Positions 11,981 through 22,930 of a stretch of DNA of 64,000 bases are shown here, in pieces (the stretch's first letter is position 1; every line of letters starts with the position of its first letter). The notes below the pieces were generated by a model, which saw only the letters and a program-made list of their open reading frames with translations, was not told where the DNA came from and did no database searches. Both the position numbers and the translations under genes were made by a program. The stretch lies in contig CP120459.1 in the NCBI GenBank assembly GCA_034226945.1, positions 992,001-1,056,000 on the forward strand, in the 5' to 3' direction. Source of the stretch: Picochlorum sp. SENEW3. Its lineage: Eukaryota.

Positions 11981-13876
11981 ATGACCCCATTTAGTATTCT
12001 GAGTGCTCGTTTACAGAGCGATACTCCAGTGTGCGGGGTGGCCATTGAGCCATACGTCCTTGTCCGTCGTGCTGATGGAACCACAGTTACTGCTGGTATG
12101 TTAAATTGGTTGTTTGTGTTGCTACTGGATGCATGATTCGTAGCGATAGTCGGTAAACAAGTCGATCGTGATGCAGACGAAGTTCCTGAGGAAGGGTATA
12201 CAGACGCACGATTTAGCTTGAAATCTAGGTGGACAAAATCAGTAGTAACGAAAGAAGGGCAAGTATGCTGGGCTCATCCCGATCATGATGCGACGGTGCA
12301 ATGTATTTTGTGCCTTCGGTGCAAAGTCGATACAAAGAGGAGTTTTCACTGCAGCCCCGAGTGTCTGAAAGAGCATTGGCACTTTCATGTAGACTTTCAT
12401 AATCAATCTCGTAACAACGCGGGGTCCGATAGCAATCAATTGTCGAAGCAGAATAGTTCGGCCATGTTGAACGGACTGAGGTCGCCTGGAGACCTTGTCC
12501 ATTTGGCCGGGTATAATGCAACAGGCGAAACGTGGGTGGAGGTGGGCAATCAGAGGTGTTATATACCCACACAAGAGGATGTTGGGTGTGTGTTGCGCTA
12601 TGAATGCACGGCGTATGATTCGGCAAGCGCTTACCCTGATATGGGAAAGACGTTTAGCATTCTGACATCTAGGGTGCGGCCATCTGCAACTCCACCAATG
12701 CGATCGATGATTCATATGACTCCTGTGCGACCAACATTGAAGAGAGGAAAGTTCACGGTGCTATCATACAACCTGCTTGCCGATTTGTATGCATCTGCGG
12801 AACAGTTTGGGTATTGTCCTTCGTGGGCACTGCACTGGCCATACAGGAGAGCAAACTTGCTTAGGGAATTGCTCGCATATAATGCTGATATCATGTGCCT
12901 GCAAGAAGTACAGTCCACGCATTTCACTGAATTCTTCGCCCCCGAGTTTTCTCGAGCAGGATATACAGCCATCTTCAAGAAGAAGACAAATGAAATGTAC
13001 ACAAGGGACACGTACGCTATTGATGGATGCGCGACTTTCTTCAAGAAGAATAAATTCGCGCTTGTGAAAAAGTACGAAGTGGAGTTCAATAAAGCAGCAT
13101 TGTCCTTGGCCGAGTCGTTGCCACCTGAGCAGAAGAGCACAGCCCTGAGCAGGCTGTTGAAGGATAATGTCGCCCTGATTGCTGTGCTGGAAGCACTCGT
13201 GCCCCCTCAGCCATTGCCGCATCCAGAAGGCGGCGTACCTCCTCCATCGAGAAGAAAGCTCATCTGTATTGCGAATACGCATATCCATTCGAATCCAGAA
13301 TTGAGTGACATAAAACTCTGGCAGGTCCATACGCTCCTCAAAGGTCTGGAAAAGATTGCCACATCAGCTGACATCCCCATGCTTGTCGCCGGAGACTTCA
13401 ATTCAGTTCCAGGTTCAGCCGCTCATAATTTATTAGTCCATGGAACCGTGCCGCTGAATGCCGTGGAGCTTTCCAACGACCCACTTGGCATTCTGAAGCC
13501 AGCCACAAAGCTGTGCCATCGCCTGCCCCTGGCATCTGCGTATGCCTCCTTGGTGGCCGGTGGAACAGACAATGGAGATCCAGCAATCACCCGCCTGCGC
13601 AGGAGATTAGATCCGATCACCCAAGAGCCAAAGTTCACAAACTGCACCAGAGATTTCAAAGGCACACTGGACTACATTCTCTACTCAAAAGACTTTTTAG
13701 CACCTTCAGGATGCCTGGAGCTTCCAGATGAGTCCGAAGTCAGATCTAGAAAGAAAGAACATGGTGGCATCCCGAATGAGTCGTGGTCAAGTGACCACAT
13801 AGCACTCATGAGTGAATTCTCGTATGTCGTTCCAGAAGGCATGCCTGTCCCTGAGTCACCTGAGGCGGTGGGGTGA
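11981..13876 (+). CDS. CCR4: CCR4 deadenylase (plant CCR4a/b type, EEP family); exons 11981-12095 and 12177-13876
   Basis: N-terminal MYND-like Cys motif (CILCLRC..FHCSPEC), SYNLLAD, CLQEVQ, GDFNS, GTLDYI, SDHIAL. Confidence 0.95.
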
Positions 13877-14035
13877 CTCGGACAAAACAAATCATAGGGT
13901 GACCTAGGCCTGAGGAGCAGGACGATGATCCACCAGAGGATACACCTCCCGTTACACCTGTTCGTTATTAGCATTATTATTATAGTATAAAAATACGTAA
14001 TATAATATACCATACAAGCAGTACGGAATCAGCGC

Positions 14036-14881
14036 ATGGCAACTTCCGTGACCAAAAAATCCGACATTGACCGAACCGTTGCATTTTTGAAGAAGAGGGA
14101 TGGCATAGACAAGGTAACTGAACAATGATTGGTTCATATGTACAAGATACATGGCCATTACTGTTTCTGGAATGACCTATAGGTTCTGAAAGTGACTCGA
14201 TACACGTGCAAACTACTTCTGTCGATTGGCGCTGTGGACAAAACACGGAACAGTGGGCTGTATCAGAGTCTTGATAGTATTGAAAAATCTCTGGGTACAT
14301 CGCGAAAGGCATACAGGATTGGAAAGTTCCTTGAACACGTGTCAGCACTGCAAAAGAAGAACCCTTACCTGGTTCCTTCAATATCCTCGTCGATACTCGA
14401 GCTTCTTGTGAATGTTGGGGAGGGTGTATACTACTTTATCGATCAGTTTCAATTCTTTGTCAAGATTGGGGTGTTGAGTGTGAGGCAAGGGGAGACATTG
14501 ACCAAAGTAAGTGCTACTGCAGAGCTTGTGGGGTATGCAGCGAATACTGTGCTGAATGTATTACGGTTACATAATCTGTTGGAGAGAGAAATTGCATTGA
14601 TATCAGAATTGAAACGAAGAAAGAATAAATCCGAGGCTGGTGGGTCATTTTTCGACCCATCAGAGGATACGAATAAAGTCCTCCTGTCTGAGATACATTC
14701 CTTACGGAGGAGGAGGACGCTGCGGACATTGTGTCTGGCCCAAGACGCTGCGGATGCGTTTCTGGCAGTACATGATTTGCGAGATGTGTATGGTCGGCCA
14801 ACGGGAGGTGGGATGCGGAAGTCGGTCCTGGCTGCAGCTGGTGTTGTGTCAGGATGTATTGGCATGTATAAAAAATTTTAA
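14036..14881 (+). CDS. PEX11: Peroxisomal biogenesis factor 11; exons 14036-14113 and 14183-14881
   Basis: Spliced FLKKRDGIDKVLKVTRY; SLGTSRKAYRIGKF; C-terminal AAAGVVSG. Confidence 0.9.
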
Positions 14882-14942
14882 GCAACGTCATATGCGCTAG
14901 TGTTTGTATTGAATGGAATACTACATTTGAATACAATTCATG

Positions 14943-15965
14943 TTATAATATGAAATACCCCATAGCATATACAAATATAGGAACGGAAATGTTGTCATCT
15001 ATGACAGTGTTGATTGGTAAACTCTCAAGAACAGTGGCTGCTGCGGCAACAAGGGCAAGATGCTGGACGGTTGCAACACTCATGTCCATGAATCCAAAGG
15101 TGGATAAGTATGCTAGTAATGCTATTGAGGTGATAAAGCCTCCTAAAAACATGGCGAAACTTCCGGGCCAGGATTTGCTTGGGTTCCACGGCAGGGGCCA
15201 ATGTTTCCCATATGCCCTCCCAATGATATCTGCAAATCCATCCCCGCCGCACATAATAGACACGATAGCGACTGCGTTCACGGATTCTCTCCATAATAAT
15301 GCAGTGACCATGGTCAACGCGATTGTATAATACAGAGGCCCACGCAGCAGCTCTGTTGGGTCACCAGTCCTGGAAATGGCACTCACTGCTCTGTCATCTG
15401 GCAACGCTCTTGTTCCTGCGAGGAAGAGACTCAGTCCATTCAAGGCTGGAACGATACTAGCAACACATTGAGAAACAATAGTGGATCCGAAAAATGGCCA
15501 GCATGCCAAGAACAAAGGCCCAGCAAAGGAATGGACAAGTTTCCTGCTCAGAGTCTGCAAAATGACACACAGCTTACATGGATGCAACATGGATCACATC
15601 GAGTATGGTAGATAATAATACCGTACCTTGTGCACATGCCCTTTATATTCTAACATCTTGATGGAACCCACCAGCATGGCACTGCCAATGCATGCAAAAG
15701 AAAATGCCCCAATGTCTCGAAGGCTTACGGCACCTCCAAGCATTGTCATCAGGGACTGAGGATTCAAAGCCCGCGCCTCTATATTCCGATGCTTTGGAGG
15801 GAGATAAGGAGAGCCAGTCGCATGAGAGGGAAAACATGGCAGGAGGTGTCCCACACGAGTGGAAGCATGCTGCCTTGGCACTAGCAACCCCACACCTTGT
15901 CTTCTTCCCCTGGAGGATATCCTTCCCCCAGAGGATACTTGCGGTAGTACAGCCATGGCACGCAT
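14943..15965 (-). CDS. Phytol/farnesol kinase (VTE5/FOLK family); intron 15555-15626
   Basis: LSRKLVH, ISRTGDPTELLRGPLYY, GGDGFADIIGR, PWNPSKSWPGS, LESLP..DDNISVP; transit peptide. Confidence 0.93.
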
Positions 15966-16304
15966 TTCTAGACCTATACTTGGATTCTTTCTAAAATTGA
16001 ATACGTACGACAGTCGGTACATTGATCAAACAAAGATACGTTTGCATCAATGTTTTTTTGTATCTATGTAAGGAATTCGTGGCATCACACCGCCAAAAGG
16101 AGTACAGAAGAGTGATACTACACGCCGACAGAGTTGTTTTTATTTTTATTTCATTTAATTACACCCGTGGGCTGTTTGGATTGATTGAAATCATCCCCCG
16201 ACGGGAAACGAGTAGTATTCTCTTGAACGAAGAACGACCGAAGAAGAATGAATTCTGAGTATTTCACAGCAGAAAAGACCATGTAATTGATTTAATTTCC
16301 AGAA

Positions 16305-17381
16305 ATGTTTCCAGCGAAGTGGCAGGCCAGGGCATCTCTTGTCCAGGATCCACTGGGTGTGTGGCTGAACAGGAACGCCAGCCAGTCTCCTGAGCACCTC
16401 AGATTACATCACAGAGACTCGCGCCGTACTGCGATTGCCAATGCAAAGAAAAAGTCGTCTTCTGGAAAGTCAGATGGATCCTCTTCCAGCGATGAAGATG
16501 AAAAGGCGAATCCCCCACCGAGGATTGATCCGAATTCCCTGATTCCTGTCAGGAAACAGATTCGGTATGTCAAGGCAATGAAGTCTGCAGTGGCAAAGAC
16601 AGCGTATAGGGCGCCCAAGGCGCCGCAGACGTATAGAAAGGAGACAAAGTCGGCAGAAGAGTATAGACAGATACGGTTGAAGGCGGAGAAAGAGGCTGAA
16701 ATATTGTCCAAGAAGGAGTCAAAGAACTTTGCTCTGCGGAATCTCTACAATACAGATGCAAAACTCTACCCTGGCCAAAGCATGAAGCGAAGGCACATTC
16801 CCGTTCTTTTGGTTGATGGGTACAATGTATTGCATGTTTGGAGAAGAACGAAAGAGTTGATGGAGGAGGGGGAGTTGGAAGAAGCCCGCGAGATATTGAT
16901 ACATAGTCTTGAGGTGTATTCAAAAATGAATGGGGTCCGCGTTGTCGTTGCATTTGATGCCATGCATAATACCATGGGCAACCATGGAGTTACTGAGACA
17001 TTGCTCGACTCTGGTGTCACGGTTGCGTTTTGTGGAGACAAAGAGGCGGACTCTTTTATTTCTCTTCAGGCGAGGTCATGGGTGGAGCGAGGCTGTCCTC
17101 AGGTGGTGGTGGCAACAAATGATGCGACATTGCAAGTGGCTGTGCAGTCAAATCAGACACGGGCGCCACAGCAAGTTTGCTTCACCGTGCCGTCCTCCGG
17201 TTTGATAAATGATATCGAAGGGACGGAGAAACGGGCCCTGGCTCAAGTAGGCGACAGCGGAACACCAGATTTGTGTCTATTGGAATGCGTTGTTCAATCC
17301 AAAGACCCTGGAACATTCTCTGCACTGCAAGACCTGAGGCAGTCGCTGATCCCTCCTGCATCCCAGCGGAAGCAGAAATAA
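16305..17381 (+). CDS. YacP/Rae1-like NYN-domain endoribonuclease, probably plastid-targeted
   Basis: LLVDGYNVL, VVVAFDA, EADSFI, VVATND acidic PIN/NYN catalytic motifs; N-terminal extension. Confidence 0.88.
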   Translation: MFPAKWQARASLVQDPLGVWLNRNASQSPEHLRLHHRDSRRTAIANAKKKSSSGKSDGSSSSDEDEKANPPPRIDPNSLIPVRKQIRYVKAMKSAVAKTAYRAPKAPQTYRKETKSAEEYRQIRLKAEKEAEILSKKESKNFALRNLYNTDAKLYPGQSMKRRHIPVLLVDGYNVLHVWRRTKELMEEGELEEAREILIHSLEVYSKMNGVRVVVAFDAMHNTMGNHGVTETLLDSGVTVAFCGDKEADSFISLQARSWVERGCPQVVVATNDATLQVAVQSNQTRAPQQVCFTVPSSGLINDIEGTEKRALAQVGDSGTPDLCLLECVVQSKDPGTFSALQDLRQSLIPPASQRKQK

Positions 17382-17407
17382 TGTACCTTGAATATTAAAT
17401 AAACGTT

Positions 17408-18594
17408 CTATTCTTTCATGTTATTGTTCCTTGTTGTTTGACGAGTCTGCTTGATTTTTCCGGACGCCAGAGCTTCTTGTACTTGTTCATAGTCAACGTC
17501 TATTCCAGTATCTGATTCCAAGGGCACTCCAGACGAGCTCGGCTCGCCTTCGTGATTCCAATAACAAAATGAGCCATCAAGACCATCGTCATCATCCTGA
17601 GTGCTACCCCCATCATCTGACAGCATGTGATCCATTCTCGCCTCTTTCGCACTTAAATAGCCTTCGTTAAACTCCGTCGGGCTCACGATACAGGGCACCC
17701 GCCCGTTCACCTTGATACCTAATGATTCCATTTGCACTATTTTACGAGGATTGTTCGTCATCAACACAATACTATCAATGTCCAGGTCGTTCAGGATGTG
17801 CCTCACTGCTGAATACTCCCTGCAGTCATCAGGAAGACCAAGGGCTCTATTTGCATCAACCGTGTCCAACCCCTTCTCCTGAAGCGCATACGCTGCTATT
17901 TTATTTGCTAATCCGATACCTCTCCCCTCTTGTTGAAGATAAATGACCATACCAGGCGGGTTGTCATGAATGTACTGCAGAGCAAGCTGCAACTGCTCCC
18001 TGCAATCGCATTTCAGAGACCCCAGCACTTCACTCGTGAAACAAGCATCATGAACTCGAACAACAACCTGCATGTATAGAACACACAGTTAGATTGACGC
18101 CGCTCATGAGAGCACAGGCAAACAACAAGAAGAACATACCTCCTTCTGCTTTTCCACCTCTCCGCTAATGATTGCACTCGGTTCCGTAAATGTACGTCCT
18201 CCATCAACCTGCAATATCACGCAAACCATGAAAAAATGCACAGATCACTTCCAGATCAGCCCAATCAAAGACCGTTTGTTGGACGCACCGTGTGTCGATA
18301 TCCACGAAGTCGGAACTTCCCTTGCTGCGTCGGAAGCAGTGTTTCAGCCACAAACTCGGTCCATATACTATTCATGGAGTCATCAGGACCACTAGAATCT
18401 TTCCTTGTGTCGTTCGAGCGTGCCTGAGCATGGACTCGACACTTCAATGTGCTGTCATTCTTTGCGCTCTGAAGCAATCTACGGTCACTAAGGCCTACTT
18501 TGTATAATTTTAATGGACAATATGCGCATGAACAAGGTGACTGCCAGGGTTTCAGCCGAAGCGTCGATTTGTCACCAAAACAGGAGGACCACAT
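17408..18594 (-). CDS. ribA: Stand-alone GTP cyclohydrolase II (riboflavin biosynthesis), 3 exons
   Basis: TLLPTQQGKFRLRGY (exon 1), VRVHDACFTSEVLGSLKCDC, QEGRGIGL, LMTNNPRK; introns about 18211-18288 and 18068-18138; no DHBP synthase domain; start uncertain. Confidence 0.93.
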
Positions 18595-18665
18595 GATATT
18601 CACCCGTTGAAAACCTACGAGGGCGGAATTCAACCATGAAATAGTCTATTACAATTATTTATATG

Positions 18666-21600
18666 TCACAAAGGGTCAATTAGATTCCACAAGTGTATCA
18701 GAAGATGATGGTACACCATGCCATGATCAGTCTTGGCATCCTCAAGAACCGACATCATGTGCTTGGTTGCATGCCAAACATCTGCTCTTGATGCCTCGAG
18801 TCCAGTTGTATAGCTGATGGTATTTGGAGACAAGATGTTGGTGTCCAACGATGCGCCCGTGGCATCATCATAGTTGTGTAGAAACCTGTTCACAAGTATG
18901 CCATAGGCCAGGCTGGCGTCCAGCCACTTTTCAAGAGCGCCTCTGAGTGCCATGTTGTGGCTGAATTCCCCGGAAGATAGTGTGGATATTGCTGTGTCAA
19001 TCGCCTGTTTCATTTGGAGAAGAGCCTCTGCACTTTCAATCCTGTTGATGAGTTTGTCAAATATCACATCAAGGTACATGTGCAGAGAGAGCATCACATG
19101 GCGAAGCAGCACCGTGATGGAGAAGAGGCATGCGTGGTGCTCTCTCGAAATGGCGCTGCCCTGCTTGGAGCTGAGGCAATTCTTCTGTGCGCTAGACACC
19201 GTCTTCCATACCCACATCAGTTGAAGCATCAAATCTCTAAAGTCTGAGATGCAATCCAGTCCGTGCATACTGAGCATTGCATTCAATGGAGCATTGAAGT
19301 CGGCATGCCATTTGACGACCTTGACGTATGATGTTCTCCGAGATGTGAACGATGTGTCGATGCCACCAGTACTCAAGCCTTCCAGCCACATGGATGCAAT
19401 GGAGTTTTGGAGGTGGTGATTGTCACCGAGGACATTGCTGATGATCGCATTGAAATTTGAAATGGACACAGAATGAACTCCAATCCTTGAACTGCAGGCC
19501 TGAAAGAATGCAGTAAGAAGGGGCCCCCAGATGTGTTCTTCTACTATGAGGAAGCTTTTTAGAGCACGAACTTGGTCAACCAGACCCAGCGAGAGTGCAT
19601 CTTCTCTCATCCGAGCACTGTATTGACCTATTACCTTTGATGCATGCTGTTGCAATTCAACTGAGGGAGATGTTGGCCAAACAGACGTTTCTTGCCCTGT
19701 ATTTTCTTTGGAGCAAACTTCAGGATTCATGATGCTGTCTACCTTTTGCATTGCATGCTGACGCAATTGGTGGATGAATGTATTATTTTCTTCAGCATCC
19801 CCCCGACGACACCAAGTAGATGCAATGCCTCTCTCTGCCATGATGCTCTCAAATCTATTCTTTGATGACTGTGCCATCAACTGTTTCATACGTTGTCCAA
19901 GGCCCTCATGTATATTTTCATAGGGGACACTATGGTCGGATGGGTTGATCCCGTCCCATGTGATTTGTAATTCTGATAATATATCCTTGGACAGAGATGC
20001 ATCACCATCGTTGACAACTGTAAGCCATTCTCTAGCCCAATAATGACTTTCAGCTTGTCCATGGTCCAGCCGTCTCCTGGGTGGCATCGAGGAGGTGTCT
20101 TGTGTCTTGTCTTCCCTATATTGCTGTTGATCTGGGCAAAGCTGTAACAATGATATATAGCGTTCGCTCATCTCGATCGCAAGCCGCGCCAGACGGACGG
20201 AATCTTCGCTCACCATCCCTTCTTCAGACCACATTCCAATCATGCGCACATCATCTACCAAATCCTCAAACAGTTTTGGGCATGCCTCCAACTTGAATTG
20301 GCCTCCTTCATCCCCGCCATTCTTGAGACTCAAAGACACATTGGCAGACATTGATTGAAAATTCCCGCTCTGCATCCAGGCATCCATGCTTTTTAGCAAC
20401 GGAATGCATGCGGATACAAAGATTTCAATCGCCATGGCCATCACATATGCATTACTGCATGAAGAGCACTCTAGATGATGCTCCTCTATGATGCTTTGTA
20501 ACCTATCAATAACATCCTTCAGTAACATACGTATATAGTGTTCTTCGATCTCCCCTGCTGCAGCAGGAGTTGCTGACATGTCGACACAAAGGCTCTGAAG
20601 AAGGCATGCAGGATCTCTCATGGCTCGTGTTGCGCACACTAGCTCAGCAACTGACAGGCGCCCTTCATACATCATTGCTGTAATGTAATCTCTGCATAGA
20701 TTTGCTTGCCTTCGTAGTGCATCCGCATATGATGACATGATTCCCTGCTCGTCACCACGATGCATGACAGCCAAAACAAAATCATCAACAGCCCGTAACG
20801 CATTGGCCACCATCAAAACCTCATCTCCGATGCATGAGATGGCACCCACAGACACATCTTCCAGGTGCACCCCTTTTACTAATTTATACGCATTCTCTCC
20901 GCCACGAGAATATAAGAAACCAGGAGATTTCAATCCTCTGATGCAAGAGAGCATCTGTGACACAAACACATGTTCTGGAACGCAGTACTTGGGATGCAGC
21001 ACATCTGACACATGCGTCCTGCACATATTACTTGACAACCATACCGATAGCGACATGCAACCATACAATCTCTTGTATCCGGCAGTGCTCCTTGTCTGAC
21101 GCCTATTCCTGTCTCTGACAACAGTCTGCACCCGCTCTCTCATGAATGCCCTAGCATCCTGATCAGAACTGCCATGTACATCATAAGAAGTAGATACAAT
21201 AGGCGCGTTCTCCTCTTTTATATTCTTGTGTCCACGGACAGTAGTCAAACTTGGACCATGCTCTGCATCATCATCATCATCATCACTCCAATCAGACAAC
21301 TCCTCGCCAGAACTATATGCAATATTGCTCCTCCACCACTGCCCTTCCTCGTCTTCCTCATCCTCCATCATCAATTCTCTGATTAACATTGCATCTTCAT
21401 CCTCCTTCGTATGCCTCTTCTTGGTGCACAATGCCAAAACCTCTCCACACTCCCTCGTCACAAGACTCGACTCCACATTCCCTGACAACTTCATCAAAAA
21501 CAGCAGTACCCTATGACCATAATCAATCTGGTCGAATATCCCACTATATGAGCCCCGCAATCCCCGCTCCCACAGCCCACCCAATATCACACCCTTTCCT

Positions 21601-21860
21601 TCCTGTCCCACTTCCTCCAGTCTCCTGACTACAGAAGAAAACTCATGTTCGACATCCTCGGGATATGGGTCCAAATATCGGTAGCTCTGCAAAATACGGG
21701 TAATAAAGCTAAAACTGGACCCAGAGGACGTTGCTAATGCCTTCAATAAAGAGTCACGTTGTTCAAAAGCTGTAACTACTTGTTCTTCTTCATCTTCGCA
21801 GCCCCTTCTCGTCGTCGAAGCGCTGTCAAATATTGAGAATCCATGTATCTCATTATCCAT
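18666..21860 (-). CDS. Gamma-tubulin complex component, GCP5-like (divergent)
   Basis: 1064-aa ORF; N-terminal VLLFLMKLS followed by acidic ELSDWSDD stretch typical of GCP5; helical GRIP-like C-terminus (ALKSFLIVE). Confidence 0.65.
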   Translation of the reverse strand: MDNEIHGFSIFDSASTTRRGCEDEEEQVVTAFEQRDSLLKALATSSGSSFSFITRILQSYRYLDPYPEDVEHEFSSVVRRLEEVGQEGKGVILGGLWERGLRGSYSGIFDQIDYGHRVLLFLMKLSGNVESSLVTRECGEVLALCTKKRHTKEDEDAMLIRELMMEDEEDEEGQWWRSNIAYSSGEELSDWSDDDDDDAEHGPSLTTVRGHKNIKEENAPIVSTSYDVHGSSDQDARAFMRERVQTVVRDRNRRQTRSTAGYKRLYGCMSLSVWLSSNMCRTHVSDVLHPKYCVPEHVFVSQMLSCIRGLKSPGFLYSRGGENAYKLVKGVHLEDVSVGAISCIGDEVLMVANALRAVDDFVLAVMHRGDEQGIMSSYADALRRQANLCRDYITAMMYEGRLSVAELVCATRAMRDPACLLQSLCVDMSATPAAAGEIEEHYIRMLLKDVIDRLQSIIEEHHLECSSCSNAYVMAMAIEIFVSACIPLLKSMDAWMQSGNFQSMSANVSLSLKNGGDEGGQFKLEACPKLFEDLVDDVRMIGMWSEEGMVSEDSVRLARLAIEMSERYISLLQLCPDQQQYREDKTQDTSSMPPRRRLDHGQAESHYWAREWLTVVNDGDASLSKDILSELQITWDGINPSDHSVPYENIHEGLGQRMKQLMAQSSKNRFESIMAERGIASTWCRRGDAEENNTFIHQLRQHAMQKVDSIMNPEVCSKENTGQETSVWPTSPSVELQQHASKVIGQYSARMREDALSLGLVDQVRALKSFLIVEEHIWGPLLTAFFQACSSRIGVHSVSISNFNAIISNVLGDNHHLQNSIASMWLEGLSTGGIDTSFTSRRTSYVKVVKWHADFNAPLNAMLSMHGLDCISDFRDLMLQLMWVWKTVSSAQKNCLSSKQGSAISREHHACLFSITVLLRHVMLSLHMYLDVIFDKLINRIESAEALLQMKQAIDTAISTLSSGEFSHNMALRGALEKWLDASLAYGILVNRFLHNYDDATGASLDTNILSPNTISYTTGLEASRADVWHATKHMMSVLEDAKTDHGMVYHHLLIHLWNLIDPL

Positions 21861-22051
21861 TATAACATGATAATAATAAGATCAGCCTAGAGGACAGTGG
21901 TCTGGTTGGTTTTCTATGCAGGCATTCTATTTCTATCCTTTTACGGAACTTTGAACGCCGATTCTCCCTGTTCAAATGTCATGGGCTCGCACGCGACTGC
22001 ATTGTAATTGAATCGACTTTATAAAGAGCACTCACACTCGACTGGGGCAGG

Positions 22052-22926
22052 ATGTCATCATCGCATGCAGGTGGAGGGAGGAGGGTGGACCTGGTTCGTG
22101 TGATTAACCCGTACGTTGTCTTTCCTGTACGTGTATTGAAGATTTTAATAACCGTGGGGGCTGATGTGGTTGCAGGGTGGATCAGGGTGAGGATGAAAAG
22201 GGTGGAGCTGGGAGGAGGGCTGCAGCTGAGGTGTTTCCCCGTGAGAGTAAGAAGGCTCTTTTGGAATCTGCAAAAGAGAAGGGGCTCGTGAAAGACTCGA
22301 GGTTTGTTCGAGAATCAGAGGTGCGTCATGTTCCTGGTGATTTCTTGGAGCTATATGAGGCTCGCAGGATTTTTTAGCCTGATGTGATTGCTTTACTGAG
22401 GTGGGCATGGTTGCAGTTGGGAGGGAACCAAGAAGGCCCTGGTGGCGCTCCTCGCGAGGGTCGAGACTCGAGACCTTTGGCGGATATCTTGCTGGAACAG
22501 CGTGAGGCGAAACAGGCAAAGTTTGAGGAGGGCTGGAAGGTGATGAAGACTGGGAAGAATAGGCCTTTAGATGAAGAGGAGGCTGGGTTTTTAGAACAGT
22601 TGCTTGAGAATGAAGCACATGTGGAGAAGAGAATCATGGAGGAAGAAAAGAATGAAATTCAAGCCTTTCGAGAGGCTGCTGCTCATGCTCGAGAGAAGAG
22701 TAAGGGGGCATCTGTGGCTCCCAAGGTTGAAGGTAGCAGTGTGCCATCTAGCAGGAAGAGGCCTAGTGCGCTGTTAATGAAGGAACGGATTAAAGTATGC
22801 AAACCAGAATTAAAAAAGAATGATGATAATAATAGCGAGACGAATGACACTAAAAATGCTTCTGGTGATGATGATGATACTGGAGGAGTGCTGCAGAGTC
22901 TCCTTGGTGGATATGCCTCTGAGTGA
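22052..22926 (+). CDS. FAM192A/PSME3IP1 (NIP30, Fyv6) family protein; exons 22052-22110, 22176-22320, 22417-22926
   Basis: SRFVRESE..DSRPLADILLEQREAKQAKFEE..RPLDEEEAGFL; C-terminal LLGGYASE; in-frame GT-AG introns. Confidence 0.88.
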
Positions 22927-22930
22927 CATC

